Positions 1 through 10,581 of a stretch of 64,000 bases of DNA are shown here, in pieces. The stretch lies in assembly GCF_963853765.1 (NCBI RefSeq), contig NC_088857.1, positions 41,044,001 through 41,108,000 of the forward strand, written 5' to 3'. Position numbers and translations under genes: made by a program. The stretch comes from Magallana gigas (taxonomy: Eukaryota). The notes beneath the pieces are model-generated. The model saw only the letters and a program-made list of their open reading frames with translations, made no database searches and was not told the origin of the DNA. The stretch's first letter is position 1; each line of letters starts with the position of its first letter.

Positions 1-1076
1 TACAATAGTTACGGTCAATTGACCAATAACGGCTGTTTATTTAAACTATATCTACAGGAATTCAAACCTATTAAATTCATTTAGTAAAAATTACAGATGA
101 TAAGCTCGCCCCTTCCCGCCCCTCCCACTTAAAAAAAAGCAAATAAATAAAATGCTGGATCCGAAGCGGAGAAAGTCGACTCCCCATACGTTGAAATCAC
201 CCCCCCCCCCCCCTCTGACTGTTTGGCGACTCCCCCGCGTTAGGGACTGTACATGGTGTTCAACTACCACTCTGCTCTCACTGCTAGTACTAGTAATGTA
301 TTGCTTCAATAAAATACGTAAGGTTGTGTCAGTGTTTCTTTGGAAACATAGACTTTATCATTTGCCATATAGGGCATGAATGTGTATATTTTCTGTGCGT
401 GTATGCGGTTGGGTGGAAGGGTTAGTTATATAATGCTTGCTATGAAATTAACAGTGATCTTCTACGCGGTAATTCACTTTTCTTGAAATGCGTGTATTTT
501 CATATCTTTCTTGATCATCTTTGCACTCTTACAGAAACCATCATACAAATTAATGATAAAACATGTTTGTCGTTGTTATAAAGCACTTTTAGAAAATATC
601 CTCTTAAATTTTTTTTGTCGAAGTACGGTAATTTGGGACCAGGACATGCATGTATCAACAAAATTTACAAGCCAGTAAACTGAATATATAGAAAACACTA
701 AAAATTGTGTCTTTGGTAATCTTACATTGTACAATAAGGCACATGCTATAATCGTAATCGATTGTAATGATTGCTCTTTTTCAAGTGCAAGTAAATTAAT
801 TTAGTAATTTAATCGACAGTAATCTGTAATCGAAGAAATTTTCGCATATTGTATGAGAAAATAATCTACAAGTATTGTTTAAAACATAATAAATAGATAA
901 AAAGTGTTTTTGCTTTATTACCGAAGTATTTTGATTTTCCACTTCACTCAAAATATAACTAAGAAAGGGTTTTCGGTCCACTCCGCTCCCATGGCCATTT
1001 CAAATTGCCTTGCAGATTGTTTGATTAATCAACCTAATGTGTCTGAGAAAAATCACATAAGCTACCTTATGATTAA

Positions 1077-1083
<7 letters not shown>

Positions 1084-1166
<83 letters not shown>
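1084..1166. repeat. (AG)n microsatellite, about 41 units
   Basis: Uninterrupted AG dinucleotide run; it explains the poly-ER stretch in ORF 904..1293. Confidence 0.97.
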
Positions 1167-1170
<4 letters not shown>

Positions 1171-1415
1171 CTTTCTATTTTGTCAGAAGAAGAGACAAAA
1201 TTATATGCGCGTAAGTGGATGTCACTTAGTGTGTTTGTCTGGTCAGTTAAGAAATTCACAAAGCAGGTAATGAGCGACCACCCGAATTTTTAGATAACAA
1301 AATTTTTAGATATCAAACTAGCCCCAGTAAGGATATACATATATTAAATTCGAACAATTACAATTACCGGTAAGTTCTACAAACAATTCGTTCAAATCAT
1401 GATGCAAAGGTTCCC

Positions 1416-2681
1416 TACGAAAGACGAATAGGGCCACTTAAAAAAATATTTTATCTCGTAATTACGAGAAAAGATCTCGTTATTACGAGTTAATTATCTC
1501 GTTATTACGAGAAAAGATCTCGTAATTACGAGAAAAGATCTCGTTATTACGAGTTAATTATCTCGTTATTACGAGTAAATACGAGTTAATTATCTCGTAA
1601 TTACGAGAAAAGATCTCGTAATTACGAGAAAAGATCTCATAAATACGAGAAAAGATCTCGTTATTATGAGTTAATTTTCTCGTAATTACGAGAAAAGATC
1701 TCGTTATTACAAGTTAATTATCTCGTAATTACGAGAAAAGATCTATTTTTGAAATGGCGCGTTTCATTATTCTATTCTTTTTATATAAAGTGTATGAACT
1801 ACTGCAATGTCTATTAATATACACTTACTTAGCATGATCATCGTTTAAAACGCATAATTTGATATAAAATCAGACCAAGCAGTTTTAAAGAAATTTCAGA
1901 AGAATTAGCAAAGCAAATTGATTAAAAAATTCATTGAACTATATGTCAATAATTAAGAAGGATACGTGTTATTTTTTTCAGACTCCAAAATGTTTATATA
2001 AAATCAATTATTTTCAATATACATGTAGGTTGTGTATGAACATGTAAAACACAAATTCGGGAAAATCCTGTGTATCCATGTCCATGACTGAAACTATATA
2101 GTCATTAAAGTTATCTGTAACTAATAAAACTGTGTTTTTACGACTATAGGACTACCTGGTATTTACTTCGGAGTGGGATTATAATATATATAAGTTGAAT
2201 AGAAAAATTACATGAAGTTCTTTCCTTTTATTAATATCAGATAAAATGTCAAATCCAATCATTTTGATATGTAGAAATTAATGAATAATGATCGTTGTTA
2301 TTTTTAAATATTGATCAAAATTGAATCAACGTTTCTGGAATGAAAAAGATAGACTTAAAGTGTGATCCAGTCGAATTCTTTTTCAGAAACGCACCATTTT
2401 ATATAGATCTTTTCTCGTAATAACGAGATCTTTTCTCGTAATAACGAGAAAATTAACTCGTAATAACGAGAAAATTATCTCGTAATAACGAGATCTTTTC
2501 TCGTAATAACGAGAAAATTATCTCGTAATAACGTGATCTTTTGTCGTAATTACGAGATCTTTTCTCGTAATAACGAGATAACTAACTCGTAATAACGAGA
2601 TCTTTTCTCGTAATAACGAGATCTTTTCTCGTAATTACGAAATAAAAATATTTTTTTATGTGGCCCTATTCGGCTTTCGTA
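1416..2681. mobile_element. Non-autonomous foldback/TIR element (1.27 kb) with about 300-350 bp inverted arms of tandem palindromic subrepeats
   Basis: Left end TACGAAAGACGAATAGGGCCAC (1416) is the reverse complement of right end GTGGCCCTATTCGGCTTTCGTA (ends 2681), with one mismatch. Arms are 21/22-bp tandem units containing CTCGTWATTACGAG. GTTCCC flanks both ends (1410-1415, 2682-2687); an alternative reading is a 4-bp TTCC TSD with C..G termini. No internal ORF. Confidence 0.88.
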
Positions 2682-3019
2682 GTTCCCTGATAGTTCTATG
2701 CATATTGCAAATAATATTCAATTATCAAATTTTAATCAAATTCTAATTTTCAAGAAATCAGTAACAACAGAATTAATTTATGGCTAATGGTGCAAGGTCA
2801 AGATTTCACCCAAACTCGTAAACTTCCAAAAATTAAAGAACTGCACCTAATGTAAAAGACTGATTTCTCAGTATTGCTTATAATTTGAAATTTTAATTTG
2901 ATTAATCAGTAGAAATTATATAATGTTATCTCATAGGATTGAAATATGAAATCTCAAATTAATGAAATTTATCTCTATAAACAAGTCCCTTGTATATAGA
3001 TCTGTGCACCGTGTGTTAT

Positions 3020-3089
3020 TTCGCGAAAATTACGACTAATTCGCGAATGTAACGCATTTATTTGCAATAGTTCCGCGTTTATTCGCGAA
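3020..3089. promoter_or_regulatory. Putative promoter with three TTCGCGAA palindromes upstream of the C6orf89-like gene
   Basis: TTCGCGAA at 3020, 3040 and 3082 in a CpG-rich patch 150-220 bp upstream of ATG 3244. Confidence 0.35.
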
Positions 3090-3243
3090 TGTTACGTGTG
3101 TGTTCTATCGCAATATCTATCGCAAAGGTTACTAGTATACGTGATATTTTTATAGTACTGAATTCGAGACGGAAGTCCTCTTTAGTTCTGTTTTCGTGTA
3201 TTAGTGAAACCCGCTTTTCACTTTCATTACGTCAACAATCAAC

Positions 3244-6110
3244 ATGGATCCATCTGTTATGGAATACGTGCAAGTCCTTCAACAAAATGTTGCTGAATTA
3301 CACCAAATGGGGAAAGAATGGGGCATGACAGAGGAAGAGATGTCAGCTTGTATCGAAAGAGTATTGAAGGAAGATGAGAATGTCGTTGTAACTCCCCCAC
3401 CTACCTTTACATTGAGGCGCATCTTACGACGTGTCCCCATGGCAATTTTCTTCCTGTTTGTGACCATTCTGGCCATCGCGTGTGGAACTTTGGTTCTATT
3501 TTACGTGTATCCGCCTGCAGAGAACTATGTATCAGGAGCTCTTCAGCCGTATGGTTACACAATCTTCAGAGCGGTGCGTCTTGCAACACTTCCTCTTCAC
3601 CGTTACTTCAATATCACGAGTAAGTTGGCAGAATTCAGAAAAGAGTTTCGCTTAGAACAGTAAACACTGGCTTATTTTCTGTCTGATTTGGAGACAGTCA
3701 TAACTATTGTCCCGAGGTATAGGAGAAGTTTTAAGGAAATGTCTGAGGCCATAGGCCGAGGACAAAAGTTTTTCAGGGCCTGTTCACAAGCGAGGGACAA
3801 TCCCTTGTAGGCCTCGGACATTTTACAATATTTAACAAAAAACGTGTTTCAAAAATTTGTGGAAAATAAAAATTCTAAAATCCCCAGCAGGATTCAAAAC
3901 TCTTTACTAACAAATTCATAGTAATTTCTGTAACCCACTGCACCATGCTGCAAGGTAGCAAATTTGTGCGAGAAACTATTTGCATAATTACACTTGATTT
4001 TATTGTTTTAATATTTCAATAAATAATCTGTCACAACATAGAGGTGTCCTATACCACCTTTATCTATACTACCACACTCTAATCAGCTAAATTTGTCAAG
4101 TTACTGAGAAATATTTCATCACTTGACTGATTAACAGTTTGTTGATAATTAATCAATATTATTTTAGCTTATAGTTGCAATAACCAAATGTCATATAAAA
4201 CTATAACCCTAATGAGAGGCAAAATGGTATTTCTAAGGCAGCAGTAATCTATTACAGGTAATATTTTTCTCTCTATTTTTCGCAGGTTTGTATGATGCTG
4301 AGTGTATTGTTGGAAACCCTTGGTTTGAGGAACCCTCCATGGACTGCATCTTTTGTGAGGGTGTGAAAAATATCGAAATTTTATATGACACCAATGACCA
4401 AGAGTTGATAATGAAATATCTTGCAGATGCCAGACCTATGGTTTTTCAGGTATGACCTCCTCTCTACATGAATTCATGTTGTTTGTATGTGTATGTGATT
4501 TTCCAAGAATAAAACTAAGCTGATTTTTTTTTTATAATTATATGTAATTTTAATTTTAAATCTGATTTCATTATGTCCATTGTTGCTTAGGTGAGCAATG
4601 TGGCCCATAGGCATCTCGCTGATGTTATTGAATGAACATTGTTTGATAGTTGAGTTTTATAAAACTAATGAATAATCAAGCAAAATGTGATGCAAGAATA
4701 TCTTTGGACAACGTATAGTACATTTTCAGTTGGCGTATTTACCTTAATTCTAAACATATAGTGTATTCCGCAATTTCATTGCAGGGGTTGGCTGAGACGG
4801 TATCATTCGAAGATTTAAGACACCTCTACAGAAATAATAAGGATGTCATTGATACTGCTGCTTTCTTCCAATCCAATGTGCCAGGAATGAAGAACATTCA
4901 GGACCTGTTCAAAGATGAAATAGATGAAAATGTTTTGTACAAGGACAAAACGACCATTCACTGGTAAGAAATTGTTAAGGAATGCACCAATTGATTTCAA
5001 TTGACAGTAACTATTGACTCATTTGAATGAATATATGTCGCCATGCTGGTAGGAAATGCATTTGTTTTACAGGTTGACAAAAAACATCGCCGGCAGTCAG
5101 GTGATGAGGAAGCTGTTTCCTCGGCCATCTTTTATTCCTCCTGATAGTGAGGTGGCCCTGGAGAAGGTGGTGTTTGTGGATGGACATAAATCTGAGCACT
5201 ATGAGCTGGTGAGAATTGTAGTCTGTTTGGATACAAGGATGAAATAAATAAGGAAATAGAAAATGAGATAAATTAGAAAGAAAGATATGTACCATAAGCA
5301 CTTTATCAAATTCATCTATAAAAGTTTTGTCTTTATGTTGTAAATATTTTTTTAATTCAATTTTAACATTTTCATGAATGCTGTAAGGTTTAATGGCATA
5401 ATTTTGTTTTTAATGCAGTGACTTGCTTTGTTATCTTATAGGTGGCAGTGATTTTACAGCAGGGCTATTACATGCAGCTGTCAGGCAGTCGTAAGGTGAT
5501 AGTCACACCCACCAAATCTTGTAGAGAGGTGTGCAGCCCCATGCATATCCTGATGAATGAAGGAGATGTCTGTATGTATACGAGAATTTCTTTTTCTTTT
5601 TCAGTGTCAGTAATCTGCCATTTTCTTCCTCTTTATAATGTAGCACATATTATTTTTTTATGAATATTTTTTAGTTTGTGAGGAAATAATTTCTAGATGT
5701 AAATACTTGTATTCTCAGGAAATTCTGATGCTATTTTTTCCCCTGAACTTATGCCCTATTGATTTCATTAATGCAATCATTGTCATTTTTCATGTGTAGA
5801 ATTGTGCAGTGAAGACTACATGTGTATTACCTAGATTGTACAATCCATCCATAGTTTTTAAAGTTCTCTTAAGCCAATTCTTGCCGATAAGTCTATTAAT
5901 TAACTATGCTCTTGCGCTAATCTTGTGATTTGCATGTCATTTTCAGTGACCTATAACCCTGGAATCTGGAGGGTAGTAATGATGCCAAACTTACAGAATA
6001 AGCTCAGCATTGGTTTTCTGGGGTCCTACTCTTTCAATGGATTAAATCATGGTGAAATTAAAATAGACGAGGAACCCACAACAGCAAATGGTGGAGAGAA
6101 AAGAGAATAA
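3244..6110 (+). CDS. C6orf89: C6orf89-like (bombesin receptor-activated protein family) single-pass membrane protein, 6 exons
   Basis: Exons 3244-3619, 4286-4449, 4785-4963, 5073-5208, 5442-5571 (acceptor uncertain; starts at 5460 or 5463 also possible) and 5947-6110. All GT-AG and in phase. N-terminal TM helix (PMAIFFLFVTILAIACGTLVLFY), then ECIVGNPW..C..CEGV, FPRPSFIPPDSEVALEK and YMQLSGSRKV..C...C motifs, which resemble this family. Confidence 0.72.
3835..4060 (-). mobile_element. Degenerate fragment of a Kolobok-like non-autonomous element with an internal tRNA-like (A/B box) segment
   Basis: Right end CACAACATAGAGGTGTCCTATACCACCTT resembles a TTAA-type TIR. The minus strand of 3881-3950 reads CAGCATGGTGCAGTGGGTT...GAGTTTTGAATCCTGCTGGGGA (A-box and B-box like). 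Lies in C6orf89 intron 1. Left boundary approximate. Confidence 0.45.
4578..4620 (+). mobile_element. Degenerate 3' end of a Helentron-type (HINE) element
   Basis: TGTTGCTTAGGTGAGCAATGTGGCCCATAGGCATCTCG matches the recurrent CAGGTGAGCGATGTGGCCCATGGGCCTCTTGTT end motif as I recall it from oyster repeats. Confidence 0.4.
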
Positions 6111-7694
6111 TTATAAATACCATAGAAATTTTTTTTCACAGATAAAATTGAATCCTTAATTAAGGAGAACAACATTACAAAGGACAGGAAACAATTCTAT
6201 TTCACATGAAATTGGCCATCAAATTTGATTAAATGAAATTTTAACTGAATTTTTGTCTTTGTGCTTAATACTTATATTCATGTCTCCATTTCCACTTTTA
6301 CCCCAAGAAATCTATTACATATACACTGTAGTTAATATTGTGATGCCCCAAATCAGAGATATTTTGTTGAAACAATGCTCTGTGTATGGATATGAATACT
6401 GCTTTTTAAAGCACTATGAGCTGTATTTTTTAAAATTTCATTTTGCTGTAAAAACCTGCTAGTATGCTAAGTCTGCATGTAACTTAATAAACTTTTGTGA
6501 TAAATAAGGTTGGAAAAAATCATTAATTTTTGTCAGAGGAAAGATATCTTTTCTAAGGAACATATAGCAAATCAATTTTTGTACAGGATGACAATAATTC
6601 AATTTTGCTCCAATTAAGGCTTCTTAACGGCCCTTTTCACAAAAATTTGGCGAAAAGAAATTTAAAAACCATGATATTTTTGTCATTTTAGTAGAAAATA
6701 ACATTTTCGTTAAAAAAAATTCATCATGAAAATTGCACCTCATGATTTTAAATGCATATGTAGGGATAAAGGAAAACAATTATATTATTAAATAATTTTT
6801 GCTGTTTTACCTACTTACTCAAAATACCCGGAATTGATGACGCGTAACATATTAAGGTTACCCATATTAAGGAGACCGACTTTAGTTTCATTGCACATAT
6901 TTTTGCGCTTTCTAGTAATATACAGTGTATTTATCGTATACATTTTGTGAAATCATTGCTGTTCCATTTATTAAATAGAATGCAAAAAAAAACCATATAT
7001 AAATATTTAAATTGTTATGGAAAATTTTATGTTTTACACGATATCAGTTCTATGACATGATGATAAAATGAAACTTTGTAGGAGTACGTTTGAAGAAATA
7101 GCCTAAAAGAAAAGGTAAAATATGTACGCCTTTGAAATTTTACACACAGAATAATGCTATCATCAGGGTTATTTTCTTAATTTTTGAATGAATCCATTTT
7201 ACCAAACTACATTTGTAATGCTCCCAATATATAGCAAAATTTGGTAAATTTTGAGGTGACATCCACTGAATACCTGACCGTAGAATTTAGTGTTTTTAAA
7301 AATATTAGGTAAAAAATGATATTCCTTACCACATGGTACAATTACAGGACAATGTACTCGAATGATTATAATTATTTCAAATAGGATAATGAAAAATGAT
7401 TTCCATCTACTACAATGTATTTATGCTACACTGGATACAGAAGGAGCAATGCACTATATAGCTGTCCTTTTCACGGTAAAGCATACCACGTTATCGAATG
7501 GGAGTTTCTTCTATATATAAATTTTGCGTCTGGTGGAAAAGTAGAACTGCCATACATCAATCATAACATAACAATGATAAACTTACGTGCATGAATCTGA
7601 AAACACTTCATTTGTTATATTAATAAAGAGACACAACATTTGGTTTATGTCCGTTAAAAATAGAGACCTCCTGACAAGTCACTCTAAGGGTTAT

Positions 7695-7737
7695 GGTACT
7701 CAGGTGACCGTTAAGGCATGTACATAGGCCTCTTATT
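7695..7737 (+). mobile_element. 3' end fragment of a Helentron-type element
   Basis: ACTCAGGTGACCGTTAAGGCATGTACATAGGCCTCTTATT, a variant of the CAGGTGACCGTTAAGGCC..GGGCCTCTTGTT terminus. A similar decayed copy is at 23537-23570. Confidence 0.4.
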
Positions 7738-8568
7738 AAATGTTTATGTATTTCTTATATTAATTTCGTATTTCTTCAAAGAATTACACTCTATTCACAC
7801 CCCCCCCCCCCCCCGACCATCAAAACATGTTTACATCTTTTAGATCATACGATAAAAACCTATTGCATTTTGTGGTTGTGAAATTTGGAGAACCCTTACG
7901 TCATTCATACAGGAAAAAGACATTTATATGATATCTTTAAAACATGGGAAATAAAATGTTTGGACTACATGTATGCCCCCTTGGAATTTTCACAAAATTT
8001 AAAGGATCTATTGCGAATAACAATTGAATTGACCTATGGGGAGATAGATTTCCCGAAAAAAAAAATCACTTTTGAAATTCAAAGGTTTTTTTTGGTAATT
8101 TTCCATCGTACATATTTCTAAATTTTTCGAGTTTGCACTCTAAACCTATCATATTGCTCTTACTATTTTATAATTAATCTTCATAGTTAGCTGAAACTGC
8201 ATTTTCTCAGTAAAATGGTATATTTCTGCATAGTTTTTTTTTTTGGTCTAGATATCCTTCAGGACCGGCCTGTCCCTAAAAATATCTCAAGTATTTCGAT
8301 AGGTTTTGTTCAAAGGAATAAATTAAGAAAAGCGTAAACTGCCCCAAGTTATGTCATATCGTATACTAGTAACATAAGTCAAAATTAAATTCATTCGTTA
8401 TAATTAAAACATAAAACAAAACTAACTCGCCGTACAATTTTCATGCTTTTGTTTTATGGTAGAACTTTTTTGGGGCATGTGCCCCGGTCCTGGGGTCAAA
8501 TTTTGCAGAAAAAAAATTCGGAAACTGATTTCTATTATACTGGTCTATTTTTACATGAGAAAGAGTAA

Positions 8569-8649
8569 GTCCCGGATAGCTCAGTAGGTTAACCGCTGAC
8601 TATGTCACACATGATGTTTTTGTGCCCTGGTTGGATTCCATCTGTGGGC
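8569..8649 (+). pseudogene. tRNA-derived (tRNA-Lys-like 5' end) degenerate sequence; SINE head or TE-internal Pol III cassette
   Basis: CCCGGATAGCTCAGT matches the 5' end and A-box of eukaryotic tRNA-Lys; B-box-like GGTTGGATTCC at 8629-8639; ends GGGC. The anticodon arm does not fold, so it is not called a functional tRNA. Confidence 0.5.
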
Positions 8650-8850
8650 TTAATTTTTCTTTTTTAAATTATAAACGGCATTTATTAACACAGATTTATT
8701 TTGTTTATGCAGAATTGTGCATTTTATATATTTTTAATCGTCTTCCTTAAATCCACATTTGCTCTTTGAATTAAAGATATCGATGGAAAAAGTTAAGTAC
8801 TTTAGTACTTTACTACATGCAAAAGCAGTCAACCGGAACTATACCCTAGT

Positions 8851-9901
8851 AGGTGCGTTCAGAGTACTGCCGTTGGCAGACAAAAGTTACCACTGGTAAT
8901 TTTTTTAACCATTGGTATGCCAAAGGTACCAATGTTTGCCGATAAAATTTACCATAGGTAGACATTTCTGCAGACGATCTAGAACTCTGTTAGCGATGGT
9001 AACTTTTTTATGACGTCACAAAAAATGGCGGATATTGTGTATGCATTGAGGGCAACATATTAATTTCACAGCTTTTTCCACCTTAAACCTTGTTGTAGCT
9101 GGACAATTCCTTATGAGCATTGTAATATACCAAAAATACAACTGAATAAAATTTCTTTCCACATATACACCTGTATGTAGGCATGTTGCAGGTGTTTGGG
9201 GGACATTGGTTGGAATATAACTGCCATCTAAAGCACCAAAACAATTTTGAAATTGAAAGTTTTCTCCAATTATGTGCTTAATTGTGATGTAGGCTATCTA
9301 TTCGGCCTTAATATTTTTTAAGGAGGAGAATATACTCTATTAAAAACCTCCTGATGTTCTAAAACCAATCAGCCATACACCGAAAGCTCAAACGTAGTTT
9401 TCACAATACACCAATAGTTCCTTTTCAACATTAGGGGTGGGACCATTTAGATTGTTGCTGGAATTAACCAAAGCATTGACTTTCAAATGTGTCCATTGAC
9501 AAACGGTATTAAAATCATATTGGGTGTCTATATTATGGTATTATTGTAATCGCATAGCAATGACTCAATCTAGCCATGTCTATCCAAAGATCTACACACG
9601 GAGAAAAAAAATGTAGGAATAAAAATACTTATTGTACACAAATTATATTTCTGAATGTATCCTTTCGGTGCAAAATGATCAACGAGGCAAAAGTATCGCA
9701 TCTTGGTTTCACATTTTCCGCTAAATAATCAGCCAGTGTTAACAATACACCAAAAGTACCATTGTTAACATTGGTAAATTTTCCACTATTCATACCCCAA
9801 AACTCGTTCAGAGTATATATGGGTCCAATGGCACCCATGGCACAAATTGTTACCATTGGCAAACAGGTATTGGTATAACTGGAAATACTCTGAACGCACC
9901 C
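8851..9901. mobile_element. Non-autonomous TIR DNA transposon (1.05 kb) with 3-bp TSD (PIF/Harbinger-like by TSD length)
   Basis: TIR GGTGCGTTCAGAGTA (8852-8866) and TACTCTGAACGCACC (9886-9900); AGT on both sides (8848-8850, 9902-9904); many subterminal ACCATTGG/ACCAATG motifs at both ends; no long ORF. Confidence 0.8.
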
Positions 9902-9942
9902 AGTGTAAGCACGCTTTGTTTGAGGACAAGAACCATTCACTC

Positions 9943-10132
9943 CATGCGCGGATCCAGAAATTTTTTCCAGGGGGGGTCCGAAGGATAATTGTGTTTGCCA
10001 GGGGGGGTCCGAGGCATATTTTCGCTAATTTTACTATGTAAATTTAATAAATTTTCATTTTCCAGGGGGGGGGGGGGGTCGGGACCCCCCCCCCCGACCC
10101 CCCCCCCCCCCCCCCCTCTAGATCCGCGCATG
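9943..10132. mobile_element. 190-bp G/C-run MITE with 5-bp TSD
   Basis: TIR CATGCGCGGATC / GATCCGCGCATG; CACTC duplicated at 9938-9942 and 10133-10137; internal poly-G and poly-C tracts. Confidence 0.9.
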
Positions 10133-10171
10133 CACTCTGTTACTCGAGACAGGTGCCACGTAAAAAAAAAC

Positions 10172-10581
10172 ATGCTGAGCAAAAACTGTTGCGTTTGCCT
10201 GTCCAGAACATCTATAGGAAATGGTTCAATTGTGGGCAAAGTAGATGCAGTTCGTTCTTTGAAAACGTGTGCATTGGTGACATTTTAAGCCAAAAATGCA
10301 TGAAGAAGGTTAATAGATTATTTTAAAAAATTGGGGGGGGGGGGTCGGTTAGAGTTTCCCGTCTCCTTGCCATTCCGGCATCCGGTTCGTCTCCTTATAC
10401 AAAGGATGCAGCTGTTAATATGGAAAAGAATTCAGTTGAATGTGAAGTGAATGATGATACTTTTCGAACGCCTCGTAAAAATCCTTCTACATCTAAAAAA
10501 TGCATCACTTTTCCTATTATTTCCGGTGGAGAAAATAAGGCGACGTGCATTATTTGTGGCAAAGAGTCAAGGGGTTTGTGA
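10172..10581 (+). pseudogene. Possible decayed N-terminal fragment of a transposase-associated Zn-binding ORF
   Basis: Two short Cys-rich frames (MLSKNCCVCLSRTS..., and ...ITFPIISGGENKATCIICGKESRGL*) separated by stops and a G-run, with no splice signals. Resemblance to N-termini of invertebrate ISL2EU/Harbinger-type transposases is from memory only. Confidence 0.3.

Noticed and set aside
91-379. Overlapping short ORFs 152..379 (+) and 91..309 (-), and a possible 74-nt exon at 244-317
   Set aside because: Driven by a poly-C run; no recognisable domain and no partner exons inside the window.
904-1293. 129-aa ORF with poly-(ER)
   Set aside because: Translation of the (AG)n microsatellite.
6459-7933. 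Minus-strand splice-like signals, including a 10-nt segment (7587-7596) flanked by TTTTCAG and GTAAGT and an open 93-nt segment (6819-6911)
   Set aside because: I could not assemble a coherent start-to-stop ORF or recognise a protein; such signals arise by chance in AT-rich DNA. RNA-seq would settle it.
9937-10288. Gly-rich and Pro-rich 100-aa ORFs on both strands
   Set aside because: Products of the G/C tracts of the 190-bp MITE.
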